DNA of 64,000 nt. It comes from an uncultured Acidobacteriota bacterium. GTDB lineage: Bacteria > Acidobacteriota > Thermoanaerobaculia > UBA5066 > Gp7-AA6. A program made the translations under genes and the position numbers. Positions within the stretch are counted from its first letter, which is position 1. Each line of letters opens with the position of its first letter. Below the pieces are notes generated by a model. The model ran no database searches and was not told the DNA's origin. It saw only the letters and a list, made by a program, of their open reading frames with translations. The DNA is taken from the NCBI GenBank assembly GCA_963733815.1, contig CAVTEG010000015.1:171910-235909 (forward strand), in the 5' to 3' direction. This document shows positions 54,146 through 62,424 of this stretch, piece by piece.

Positions 54146-55523
54146 GGTGGGCGGTCAGGCCGAAGGCGCGATCGGCCGCATCCTCATCGTCGAGGACGAC
54201 GAGGTTCTCCTCGAGCAGCTGACCTGGGCGTTGAAGGGCAAGTTCGCGGTTTCGTCGGCGCGCGACGCCACGCATGGCAAGGCCCTTTGCGACGCGGAAC
54301 CGGACCTCTTTCTTTTCGACATGCGCCTGCCTCCGTCGCAACAGGTCCAGGAGGGGCTCGAGTTGTTGCGCCACGCGCGCCGGCGCGACCCGGAGGCCAC
54401 GGTCGTCATGATGTCGGGCGAAGGGGAGAGGGGCGACGCCCTGAAGGCGATCGCCCTGGGCGCCTTCGACTTCTTTCAGAAGCCGATCGACACGGCGGAA
54501 CTGCTGGTGATCCTGAACCGCGCTCTCGAGCGCCGGCGTCTGATGTCCGAGAACCGCGAGCTGCGCCGGGCCGTCTCCCAGCCGGCCGTCTCCGAGCGTT
54601 TGATCGGCGAGAGCCCGGCGCTGCGCCGCTTGAACAGCGAGATCGACCGTGTCGCCTCCGGCGACGCGACCGTGCTGCTCCACGGCGAGAGCGGCACCGG
54701 CAAGGATCTGGTGGCCCGGACGATCCACGCGCGCAGCGGACGCCGCGACCGCCCCTTCGTCGCCGTCAACGTGGCGGCGATGCCGGAAACGCTCGTCGAG
54801 GCGGAGCTGTTCGGTCACGAAAAGGGAGCCTTCACCGGAGCCATCGCATCGCGTCCCGGGCGCTTCGAGCTCGCGCACGGCGGCACGCTGTTTCTCGACG
54901 AAATCGGCACGCTCTCGCCGGCGGCCCAGGCGAAGCTGCTCCGCGCCATCGAAAGCCGGGAGGTCGAGAGAGTCGGCGGCCGCCGCGCGATCCCGGTGGA
55001 CTTTCGCCTGATTTCGGCCACCAATGAGGATCTGGAGGCGCGGGTGGGCGCCGGGAGCTTCCGGGAGGACCTGTACTACCGCATCAACACGATCCCGATC
55101 CGGATTCCGCCTCTGCGGGAGCGAGGCGACGACGTCGCGCTGCTGGCGCGGCACTTCCTCGGAGAGCTTCGCGCCAAGCATGGCCGGGGACCCACGCGCC
55201 TCTCGGAGGCGGCCCTGGCGCGCCTCTCGGCGCATCCGTGGAGAGGCAACGTCCGGGAGCTCCAGCACGCGATCGAGACGCTGGTGGTCTTCGCCGAAGG
55301 TGACGAGGTCGTCGAGGAGGATCTGCCGCGGGCCCTCCGGGAGCGCGCCTCGCCAAAGGCCGTCCACGCGTCGACGTCGTTCGCCCAGGCCGTCGAGGAC
55401 TTCGAGCGGCGACTGCTCTCAGACGCGATCGCCGCGGCCGGCGGCGTGAAGGCCGAGGCGGCGCGCAAGCTGGGTCTCGATGCGAATCAGATCAAGTATC
55501 TGTGTCGGAAATACGGGCTCTGA
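54146..55523 (+). CDS. Sigma-54-dependent response regulator (NtrC family)
   Basis: It has a receiver domain, an AAA+ sigma-54 activation domain (GESGTGKD, GAFTGA, ESELFGHEKGAFTGA-like) and a C-terminal Fis-type HTH. The GTG start has an AGGAGG RBS. Confidence 0.9.
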
Positions 55524-55530
55524 TTTATGG

Positions 55531-55568
55531 GTGAAAAACTCAACCGCGGTGAGAAAAGTTTTCACCAA
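55531..55568. promoter_or_regulatory. Candidate enhancer (UAS) palindrome for the NtrC-type regulator
   Basis: GGTGAAAAACT-N17-AGTTTTCACC lies about 90-120 bp upstream of the sigma-54 promoter. Confidence 0.4.
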
Positions 55569-55648
55569 GTCTTAGACTCGCGCCTGCCGCGAATCGTTAA
55601 ATTACTGAAAGCAAGCTATTTGTTTATCGTACCCGGGGCGGGAAAACC

Positions 55649-55664
55649 TGGCGCGAACCTTGCG
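55649..55664 (+). promoter_or_regulatory. Sigma-54 (-24/-12) promoter: TGGCGCGAACCTTGCG
   Basis: It matches YTGGCACGrNNNTTGCW with the GG and GC correctly spaced. It is followed by RBS AGGAGGG and ATG 55697. Confidence 0.6.
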
Positions 55665-55696
55665 CTCTAGTCGTTGGAAAGAGGAGGGAAGAAACA

Positions 55697-56218
55697 ATGG
55701 CGAACGAAGTCAAGATCAAGCTGACGGACGCGCAGAAGGAAAAGATCCGCGAGGCCACGGGCAAGGACATGCCCGAGATCCGCGTGGAGAGCTTCGGAGG
55801 CAACGCCGCGCTGTCTCCGACGACGAAGGTCGTCTCGGCTCGCGCGATGGGCAAGTCGATTGGCGCGCGGGCGACGGGCAAGTCGGTCGGCGCTCGGGCG
55901 ACGGGCAAGTCGATTGGCGCGCGAGCCACGGGCAAGTCGGTCGGCGCTCGGGCGACGGGCAAGTCGATTGGCGCTCGGGCCACGGGCAAGTCGGTCGGTG
56001 CGCGGGCGACGGGCAAGTCGATTGGCGCTCGGGCCACGGGCAAGTCGGTCGGTGCGCGGGCGACGGGCAAGTCGATTGGCGCGCGGGCGACGGGCAAGTC
56101 GATTGGCGCGCGGGCCACAGGCAAGTCGATTGGCGCTCGGGCCACAGGCAAGTCGATTGGCGCTCGGGCGACGGGCAAGTCGATTGGCGCTCGGGCAACG
56201 GGCAAGGCCCAGTTCTAA
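55697..56218 (+). CDS. Leader-plus-tandem-repeat small protein: about 50-aa amphipathic leader followed by 14 units of ARATGKS(I/V)G
   Basis: Translation gives MANEVKIKLTDAQKEKIREATGKDMPEIRVESFGGNAALSPTTKVVS, then 13 full nonapeptide units plus a terminal ARATGKAQF. It has no Cys, no signal peptide, a strong RBS and a sigma-54 promoter. Confidence 0.7.
   Translation: MANEVKIKLTDAQKEKIREATGKDMPEIRVESFGGNAALSPTTKVVSARAMGKSIGARATGKSVGARATGKSIGARATGKSVGARATGKSIGARATGKSVGARATGKSIGARATGKSVGARATGKSIGARATGKSIGARATGKSIGARATGKSIGARATGKSIGARATGKAQF
55838..56215. repeat. 27-bp in-frame tandem repeat (x14; 54-bp higher-order period over the first 8 units)
   Basis: Repeats of the form GCGCGGGCGACGGGCAAGTCGATTGGC. 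The I and V variants alternate at first, then five consecutive I units follow. Confidence 0.8.
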
Positions 56219-56240
56219 GGAACCCGCTTCACTTCGAAAC

Positions 56241-56269
56241 GCCCCGCTCCGGCGGGGCGTTTCTCTTTT
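56241..56269 (+). terminator. Rho-independent terminator (functional in both directions between convergent genes)
   Basis: A GCCCCGC-tccg-GCGGGGC stem is followed by GTTTCTCTTTT. Confidence 0.6.
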
Positions 56270-56273
56270 GCGT

Positions 56274-58463
56274 TCACCACGCCACGGACTGCACCCAACG
56301 CTTGAGCACGCGCCACGCGCGCGCCGCGTAAGAGGCGCGCCTTCCATAGATCTTGGCGTAACCGTGCATTCCGGCGTAGAGGCTGCCGTCCTCGTTGTCA
56401 AAAACGGCGAGGGCCACGAAACGCTCGGGCTGCTCCTGGGGCGCCGAGGGATCCGCATTCGCCGCGGCGGTCTTGGGTTGTGCGAGGGCGGCCGGGGCGA
56501 TCGAGACGATCGTGCCGTGAACGGGCCGCGGATGCCCGAGGAAAAGCGCGGTGACCGGCGCGTTCGGCACGAGATCTTCGAGAAGACGTTCGGAAACGGT
56601 CAGGTCCGCCGCCATCCGCCGGTCCTCGCCGACCTCGGCGAGAAGAGTCCCCGCGGGCACGGAGCGCCCTTCGAGGTCGCGTACGTAGGGAGTCAGCAAG
56701 TGCCCCGTCGAAGGGCTCTTCACCAGCAGGCGCTCCTCGCGGGCACGTCCGTTCTTCAAGGCCGCGTCGAGGGAGACGCCCCGGGTCTCGGATGCGAAGA
56801 CGCGCGCCGGCTCGGCGGCCTGCCGCGCCAGGCTCGCGTCGCGCGTCGCGCGCTCGCGCTCGGAAGTGAGCCGCTTCGTCGCTTCCGACGCGGCCGCGCT
56901 GACGAGCTGGAAGACCGGCTGCCCGGCCGTCACGCGATCCCCCTCCTGGGCGAGCGCGCGCGTCACGACCCCGTCTTCCGGAGCCTCCAGTCGGATCGTC
57001 ACCGTGGGCCGGAGCAGGGCGGGTGAGCGGAGTGTGCGCCGGCTCCAGGGGAGGAAGAACAGCAGGGCGAGCACGGCGGCGCCGGCGAAGAGCGCCGCGC
57101 GGATACGGTGCGACATGAGCAGCTCCTTCTTGTCGAGATAGAAGAGATGGCCCGTGCGCGTGACCAGGCGGACCCGCTTGCGAAAGAGGCGGTACAGCGT
57201 CAGGACCAGGAGCACGATCGCCCAGTTCGGGAAGAAGTGGTGGTAGAGGTTGTAGAGGAGCCCGCCGATGAACCGCATGACGACGCCCACCCACGCCAGC
57301 GCGAGCGAGCCGAAGATCCAGTAGATCCGGCGCTTGCGCCGTGAGACCAGGGGCACCTCGACGGGAAGCCTCAGCACGTATCGCTGGAAGCACGCCCCGA
57401 TGTAGCGGAACGATTCCTCCCGCAGGTCCGGAATTTCGAGCACGCTCGAGAGCGCGTAGTAGCCGTCGATCTTGATGAGCGGGTTGATGTTGAAGAAGAC
57501 CGTCGAAACTCCCGTGAAGAGCATCGTCTTGAACGCGATCTCGTGCACAAGAGTGTCGGGATAGGAGACCACCCACGCGAGCGTGGCCACCGAACACATG
57601 ATGGCCTCGATGTAGATGCCCGCCGTCGTGACCCAGAGCCGGTGCCACTTGTTCGTGAAGAGCACCGAGTCGGTCGTGTCGCAGTAGAACGCCGGCGTGA
57701 AATAGAGGAGCGCCAGGCCTATGTCGTGGACTTCGCCGCCGTAGATTTTGGTGACGTACGCGTGCGAGAACTCGTGGAACAGTCCGATGAAGGTCAGAAT
57801 GCAGAAGAACTGCACGACATCGAGAAGTGGTTTCGACGTCAACGCGTAGAGCTCGATCGTTCCGCTCCAGATCGCCCCCCAGTGCACGAGGATGACCCCG
57901 AAAGCCCAGCCGGCGAAGATCAAAGCCGCCGCCACGACGGGAGGCGTCCAGATCCAGCGCACGTACTTCACGGTCCGGTCCAGGAAGCGGTTGGGGTCGA
58001 GGACGTGGAAGAGCAGGAAGAACGGGTTGAAGCCCTCGGCCTTCTCCTCGGCGGCGCGCTGGCGGGCCGTCTTCGCGTTCGCGAGGAGCTTGAGGTTCCT
58101 CTCGGCCGCGGACTGCGCGATGAGGCCCATCTCGCGGAGCATTTCCGCGTACTCGCGGACGACGGCCATCTCGATCTTCTCGCGTGGGAACATCGCCTGG
58201 TACTCGGCATGGATCTGCGCCAGCGTCCGCGTCCCATCGAACATCTGGCAGAGCCCCCACTCGGGGTCGTCGAAGTTGTAGTACTTCGTGGTCTCCGGGT
58301 TCTTCACGACCCAGTTGATCTCGCCGAGCTGCACGACGCGCCGGATCACCGCGTCCGATCGGATGGCCGGGCGGTCGCTGGCGATGCCGTGACGGGCCGC
58401 GAGGGCCGCCGCGCCTTCTTCCGGGCGCGTGGCGGCGAGCAAACGTCCGGGGCGCGCGCTCAC
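56274..58463 (-). CDS. Tri-domain protein: PqqD-like RRE domain - M50/S2P-like zinc metalloprotease - HlyD-like adaptor
   Basis: The GTG start overlaps the upstream stop (GTGA). The N-terminus IRRVVQLGEINWVVKNPETTKYYNFDDPEWGLCQMFDGTRTLAQIHAEYQ...EYAEMLREMGLI fits the PqqD/RRE profile. The membrane core has HEFSHAY (HExxH) and NPLIKIDGYY (S2P NxxPxxxLDG motif). The C-terminus has a biotinyl-lipoyl-like segment, a coiled coil and a beta-barrel segment. The 384 codons of the track ORF upstream of the GTG overlap the neighbouring gene and are spurious. Confidence 0.75.
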   Translation of the reverse strand: MSARPGRLLAATRPEEGAAALAARHGIASDRPAIRSDAVIRRVVQLGEINWVVKNPETTKYYNFDDPEWGLCQMFDGTRTLAQIHAEYQAMFPREKIEMAVVREYAEMLREMGLIAQSAAERNLKLLANAKTARQRAAEEKAEGFNPFFLLFHVLDPNRFLDRTVKYVRWIWTPPVVAAALIFAGWAFGVILVHWGAIWSGTIELYALTSKPLLDVVQFFCILTFIGLFHEFSHAYVTKIYGGEVHDIGLALLYFTPAFYCDTTDSVLFTNKWHRLWVTTAGIYIEAIMCSVATLAWVVSYPDTLVHEIAFKTMLFTGVSTVFFNINPLIKIDGYYALSSVLEIPDLREESFRYIGACFQRYVLRLPVEVPLVSRRKRRIYWIFGSLALAWVGVVMRFIGGLLYNLYHHFFPNWAIVLLVLTLYRLFRKRVRLVTRTGHLFYLDKKELLMSHRIRAALFAGAAVLALLFFLPWSRRTLRSPALLRPTVTIRLEAPEDGVVTRALAQEGDRVTAGQPVFQLVSAAASEATKRLTSERERATRDASLARQAAEPARVFASETRGVSLDAALKNGRAREERLLVKSPSTGHLLTPYVRDLEGRSVPAGTLLAEVGEDRRMAADLTVSERLLEDLVPNAPVTALFLGHPRPVHGTIVSIAPAALAQPKTAAANADPSAPQEQPERFVALAVFDNEDGSLYAGMHGYAKIYGRRASYAARAWRVLKRWVQSVAW

Positions 58464-60919
58464 GGCAGAAGCGGCCAGATCTTGTTCCAGAGATACCGGA
58501 GAGGCTTCCGGAACAGCGCCGTGATGACGCGCCGCGTGCCGACGGAGACCTTGCCGTTGCCGAGCATGCCGGTCTTCAGCCTCCCGTCGGAATTCGGAAC
58601 GGCCACCTCGGCGATCAAGAAACGCTGGTCGCCTTCCTCGCGGATCCGGGGCGCGACGCGGGCGACTTCTCCACGGAAGAGCGTCCCGGGGTAGGGGTTG
58701 AACTTCAAAGCCGTCTTCTGGCCCGGCCGGACCAGGGCCGCGTCGGCCTCGGGAACGGCGACCTCGGCCGTTACGGTGCGAACGTCGGCGACGACGCAGA
58801 GCTCCGCGCCTCGCGGAAGAAGCTGACCGACCCTCTCCTCGATCCGCGGAGTCACGATGATGCCGGCGGCAGGTGCAGTCAACCGGGTGCGCGACAGGCG
58901 GTCTTCGGCGAGAGCGATGCGCGCGCGGGCCTCGCGCCGGCGCGCCTCGGCGTCGAAAACAGCGCCGGCGTCCGCATTCTGGCGCGACCGCGCAACGTCG
59001 ACGTCCGAAAGCGCCAGCGCCGACTTGGCCTCCGCCAGCGCGGCCTGGTAGCTCTCGTCCTTCAACGTCGCGATGACGTCGCCGGCCTCCACACGGTCGC
59101 CCTCCCGCCGCAGCACGGCGCCGACGACGCCGTCCACCATCGACGTGACGGCGGCGCGGCGGCCCGGGAGGACCCGTGCGGGCCCGGTGATGCGCAGGGG
59201 CCACGGTGCGACGAACAGGATCAGGGCGGCGACGGCCGCGCCGATTGCCCATCGCCGTCGGCGGGACAACGGGATCGCCGAGAGCTTGCGCTGCTTCTCC
59301 AGGAGCGGTTTCCAGAAGCCGGCCAGCGGCACCTGCTGGTAGAGCTGCGCATTGCGGACGGCCACGGTGGCCTGGTTGACCAGGATCGACAGGAGGTCTC
59401 GCGTCTCCTCTTCGAACACCAGCGGCTCCTTGCTCTCGAATCCGAGAGCGCCGAGCTTTCCTTCCTCGTCCTTGAGGAGGACGCCGTAGAACGACCTCAT
59501 GCCCGTTTCCTGGAAGATCGCCCGGAACTTCTCCTCGGTCTCGGGCCGGTCGGCGGTGATCGCGCCGTCCTCGGTCTGCGTCACCGCGGTGTCGGTCCCG
59601 GAGAGGAAGATCCACTGAAGCAGCTCTTCCATCCGCCGGGCCTCGGGGTTTTTCCGGTCCACCTCGGTCGTGCCGGAGAGCGCCCCCAGCCGCAGCTTCC
59701 CCTTCTCCTGGATCGCAATCCCGCAGCTGTCATAGTGGATCAACGCCGAGGTGGCGTTGACGATCGTCTGCATGACCTTGTCGAGATCGAGCGTGGCCGT
59801 GATCTCTCGGGACACGGCCAGGAGCGCGTCGAGCTCCTCGACCTTCTTCTCGGCCTCGTGCTGCCTCGCCGTCCGCAGGGCCCGGACGGCCTGGCGGGCG
59901 ACGTCCTGCAAAAGCTCCTCGTCCTCGGCCGAGAACTCGGGGTGCCGGCCGCGCTTGTTGGCGAGGACGAGCGCTCCGATCGTGATTTCTTCTTCGACGA
60001 GAGGCGCCGCCAGGACCGACTGGATCGGATAGCCGGTGTCCTCCTCCGCCCCCGGGTCCCCGGCGGGAATGCGGTTGCGCCGTACGGACGTCTGATCGGC
60101 GATGACGTCGCCGACGATCGAGGCGCCGACCGCCTCGGGCGCCGGGGTGACGTCGTAGTTCTCGTTGACGGCAGTGGCGGCCAGGTTGACCTCGCCCTTC
60201 GCGCTGTCGAGCACCCAGAGCGACGCCGATTCGGCCGTGACGAAGTCCGCGGCCTTGCGAACGATCAGCGCGGACAGCTCGTCGGTGTCGATCGTCGAGC
60301 CGAACGCCTTCGAGAGGTCGTAGAGGTTGGTCAGCCGCTCGATCGCGTGGAGCATGCCGACGGTCTTGCGCTCGGACCGCAGCGCCCGTCCCAGAGCCGG
60401 CGCCGCCTGCTCGAGGAATCTCTCCAGGCGCGCCAGCGCGTCTTCGGCGTCGGGCATGTGGCTGAAGTAGAGAGCGAGGAGTCCCACCACAAGGCCCTCG
60501 GCGTGGAGCGGCACCGCGAGGCAGGCGCGGAGCGTCGGGGGCAGCCCCCGCACGAAGGGATCGGAGGTTGCCAGCTCTTCTCCGGTCAGGACGATGGCCT
60601 GACGATCGCGGACCAGGTCATGGATGATGCCGGTCTCGCGCGGCGCCGATCGCCTCAGGAGCTTGTCGACTCCCGGGCCGGAACCCGCGATGCAGAGGAA
60701 CAGGGGATGAACGGTGTCGGGAGCCCAGAGCAGCGCGGCCTCGGCACCGGTCATGGTGATGCTCCATCGCGCCGCCCATCCCGACGTCTGCGAGAGGTTC
60801 TCGCAGAGGGCCAGCTCGGCGAGAGCCGAGACCTCGTCTTCGGACCCCGAGACGTGGTGCTCGGACTCGTCGGCCTCTTCGACCGGTTCGTCTTCCGTAT
60901 CTTCGGGCTCGTCCGCCAT
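58460..60919 (-). CDS. Triple-GAF-domain protein fused to a TM segment and a HlyD-like adaptor
   Basis: An acidic N-terminus is followed by three GAF-like modules (about 60-480 aa), a TM helix (WAIGAAVAALILFVAPW) and an MFP-like C-terminus (biotinyl-lipoyl-like segment, coiled coil, beta-barrel). Confidence 0.75.
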   Translation of the reverse strand: MADEPEDTEDEPVEEADESEHHVSGSEDEVSALAELALCENLSQTSGWAARWSITMTGAEAALLWAPDTVHPLFLCIAGSGPGVDKLLRRSAPRETGIIHDLVRDRQAIVLTGEELATSDPFVRGLPPTLRACLAVPLHAEGLVVGLLALYFSHMPDAEDALARLERFLEQAAPALGRALRSERKTVGMLHAIERLTNLYDLSKAFGSTIDTDELSALIVRKAADFVTAESASLWVLDSAKGEVNLAATAVNENYDVTPAPEAVGASIVGDVIADQTSVRRNRIPAGDPGAEEDTGYPIQSVLAAPLVEEEITIGALVLANKRGRHPEFSAEDEELLQDVARQAVRALRTARQHEAEKKVEELDALLAVSREITATLDLDKVMQTIVNATSALIHYDSCGIAIQEKGKLRLGALSGTTEVDRKNPEARRMEELLQWIFLSGTDTAVTQTEDGAITADRPETEEKFRAIFQETGMRSFYGVLLKDEEGKLGALGFESKEPLVFEEETRDLLSILVNQATVAVRNAQLYQQVPLAGFWKPLLEKQRKLSAIPLSRRRRWAIGAAVAALILFVAPWPLRITGPARVLPGRRAAVTSMVDGVVGAVLRREGDRVEAGDVIATLKDESYQAALAEAKSALALSDVDVARSRQNADAGAVFDAEARRREARARIALAEDRLSRTRLTAPAAGIIVTPRIEERVGQLLPRGAELCVVADVRTVTAEVAVPEADAALVRPGQKTALKFNPYPGTLFRGEVARVAPRIREEGDQRFLIAEVAVPNSDGRLKTGMLGNGKVSVGTRRVITALFRKPLRYLWNKIWPLLP

Positions 60920-60971
60920 GCGCCTCCTCGGTGGACACGACTTGGGCCGGGTGCCAGACGGGTCTGACCCC

Positions 60972-61307
60972 TCAGAAGCTGGAGACCGCGGCCTCCATGT
61001 CGTCGTGGATCTCGAACACCGAGTCGAGCTTGGTCATCTGGAGGAGCTTGCGAATCTGGGGGCCGGCGCGGAGGAGCTTGGTCTGGCCCCCTTCCTTCTG
61101 CGACTGCGTCAGCGCCCGCACCAGAGCTCCGAGGCCCGAGCTGTCGAGGAAGCCCACGCCCGAAAGATCCACGAGCAGACGGGTATGGCCCTCCTCCAGC
61201 AGACGCGTGACGGTCTTCTTGAAGGTCGACTCGGCGTCGCCGATGACGAGGTCTCCCGTCACGGTCAGCACCGTTACGGAGCCGTCTTCATGAGTTTGAA
61301 GTTCCAT
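60972..61307 (-). CDS. STAS-domain protein (anti-sigma-factor antagonist SpoIIAA-like)
   Basis: A 111-aa ORF. The LVDLSGVGFLDSSGLGALV motif contains the conserved phosphorylatable Ser region. Confidence 0.8.
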   Translation of the reverse strand: MELQTHEDGSVTVLTVTGDLVIGDAESTFKKTVTRLLEEGHTRLLVDLSGVGFLDSSGLGALVRALTQSQKEGGQTKLLRAGPQIRKLLQMTKLDSVFEIHDDMEAAVSSF

Positions 61308-61404
61308 GGAACCGGGGCATTATGCCAAAAGCCGAAGATGTCGGGGGCCGCAGCGGTTTCGGGGCGAAACCGGCGGTATTGGCCGAGCGCCATATGATCC
61401 CGCC

Positions 61405-62424
61405 ATGCCGACGCTCGATCGACGTTCCCTCTTTTCTCTCGGCGCCGCCTCCTATTTCCACGCCCTGCTGGGCCGCGCCCTCGTGCCCGGCGTTTCGCCA
61501 CAGGGGGTCAAGACCGCGGGCATCCGGATGATCCCGGTCGACGGGAAGTACAAGGTCTGGACGAAGAAGCTCGGGTCGGGAACGATCCAGATGCTGACTC
61601 TGCACGGCGGTCCCGGCATCACGCACGAATACTTCGAGTGCTTCGAGGATTTCCTGCCGCAGGCGGGTGTGGAGTTCTACTACTACGATCAGCTCGGATC
61701 TTTCTACTCCGACCAGCCCGACGATCCGTCGCTCTGGACCATGGATCGATTCCGCGAAGAGGTCGAACAGGTGCGGGCGGCCCTGGGGCTGGAGCACTTC
61801 ATCCTCTATGGGCAGTCGTGGGGCAGCATGCTCGCGATCGAGTACGCCCTCAAGTACCAGAAGCATCTCAAGGGTCTCGTCCTCTCGAGCATGACCGCGT
61901 CGATCCCTTCCTACATGAGCTATGTCGCGAAGCTCCGCGCCGCGTTGCCCGAGGACCTGCTCGCCACGCTCGAGAAGTACGAGGCGGAAGGAAAGTACGA
62001 CGCGCCCGAATACCAGGACGCGATGTACAAGAGCGTCTACCTCCGCCACGTCTGCCGCGTCGATCCCTGGCCGGATCCCGTCGCGCGCGCGTTCAAGCAC
62101 ATCAACAACCAGGTCTACGGTACGATGCAGGGACCCAACGAGTTCGTCGTCACAGGGACCTTCAAGGACTGGGACCGCTGGAAGGACCTTCCGAAGATCA
62201 CGGTGCCGACGCTCCTCATCGGCGCGCGCTACGACGAGATGGATCCCGAAGACATTCGTAAGATGGGCCGTCTCATTCCCAACTCGCGCGTCGTCATCTG
62301 CGACAACGGCAGCCACCTCGCGATGTGGGACGACCAGGAGGCGTACTTCGCCGCTTTGATCCCGTTCCTGCACGAGGTCGAGAAAGGCCGGTTCACCGGC
62401 TCGAAGACTTCGCCGCGCTCGTGA
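61405..62424 (+). CDS. Proline iminopeptidase family alpha/beta hydrolase (S33), Tat-like signal
   Basis: HGGPG, the GQSWGS nucleophile elbow and the catalytic Asp/His regions are present. The N-terminal signal is MPTLDRRSLFSLGAA. Confidence 0.8.
   Translation: MPTLDRRSLFSLGAASYFHALLGRALVPGVSPQGVKTAGIRMIPVDGKYKVWTKKLGSGTIQMLTLHGGPGITHEYFECFEDFLPQAGVEFYYYDQLGSFYSDQPDDPSLWTMDRFREEVEQVRAALGLEHFILYGQSWGSMLAIEYALKYQKHLKGLVLSSMTASIPSYMSYVAKLRAALPEDLLATLEKYEAEGKYDAPEYQDAMYKSVYLRHVCRVDPWPDPVARAFKHINNQVYGTMQGPNEFVVTGTFKDWDRWKDLPKITVPTLLIGARYDEMDPEDIRKMGRLIPNSRVVICDNGSHLAMWDDQEAYFAALIPFLHEVEKGRFTGSKTSPRS

Noticed and set aside
55838-56215. The 27-bp tandem repeat as a CRISPR array
   Set aside because: There are no spacers. 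The repeats are contiguous and in frame within a coding sequence.
55624-56458. ORFs on the antisense strand and in alternative frames across the 27-bp repeat array (55624..56205 -, 55667..56458 -, 55716..56198 -, 55660..56331 +, 55860..57026 +), giving PVARAPIDL or GQVDWRSG repeats
   Set aside because: They are mirror or alternative-frame translations of the same tandem repeat. Only the 55697..56218 frame has an RBS, a sigma-54 promoter and a plausible leader.
56274-59615. 1113-aa ORF including 384 N-terminal codons overlapping the GAF-HlyD gene
   Set aside because: The N-terminal part is Arg/Gly/Pro-rich junk in the alternative frame of a conserved gene. The real start is the GTG at 58463 overlapping the upstream stop.
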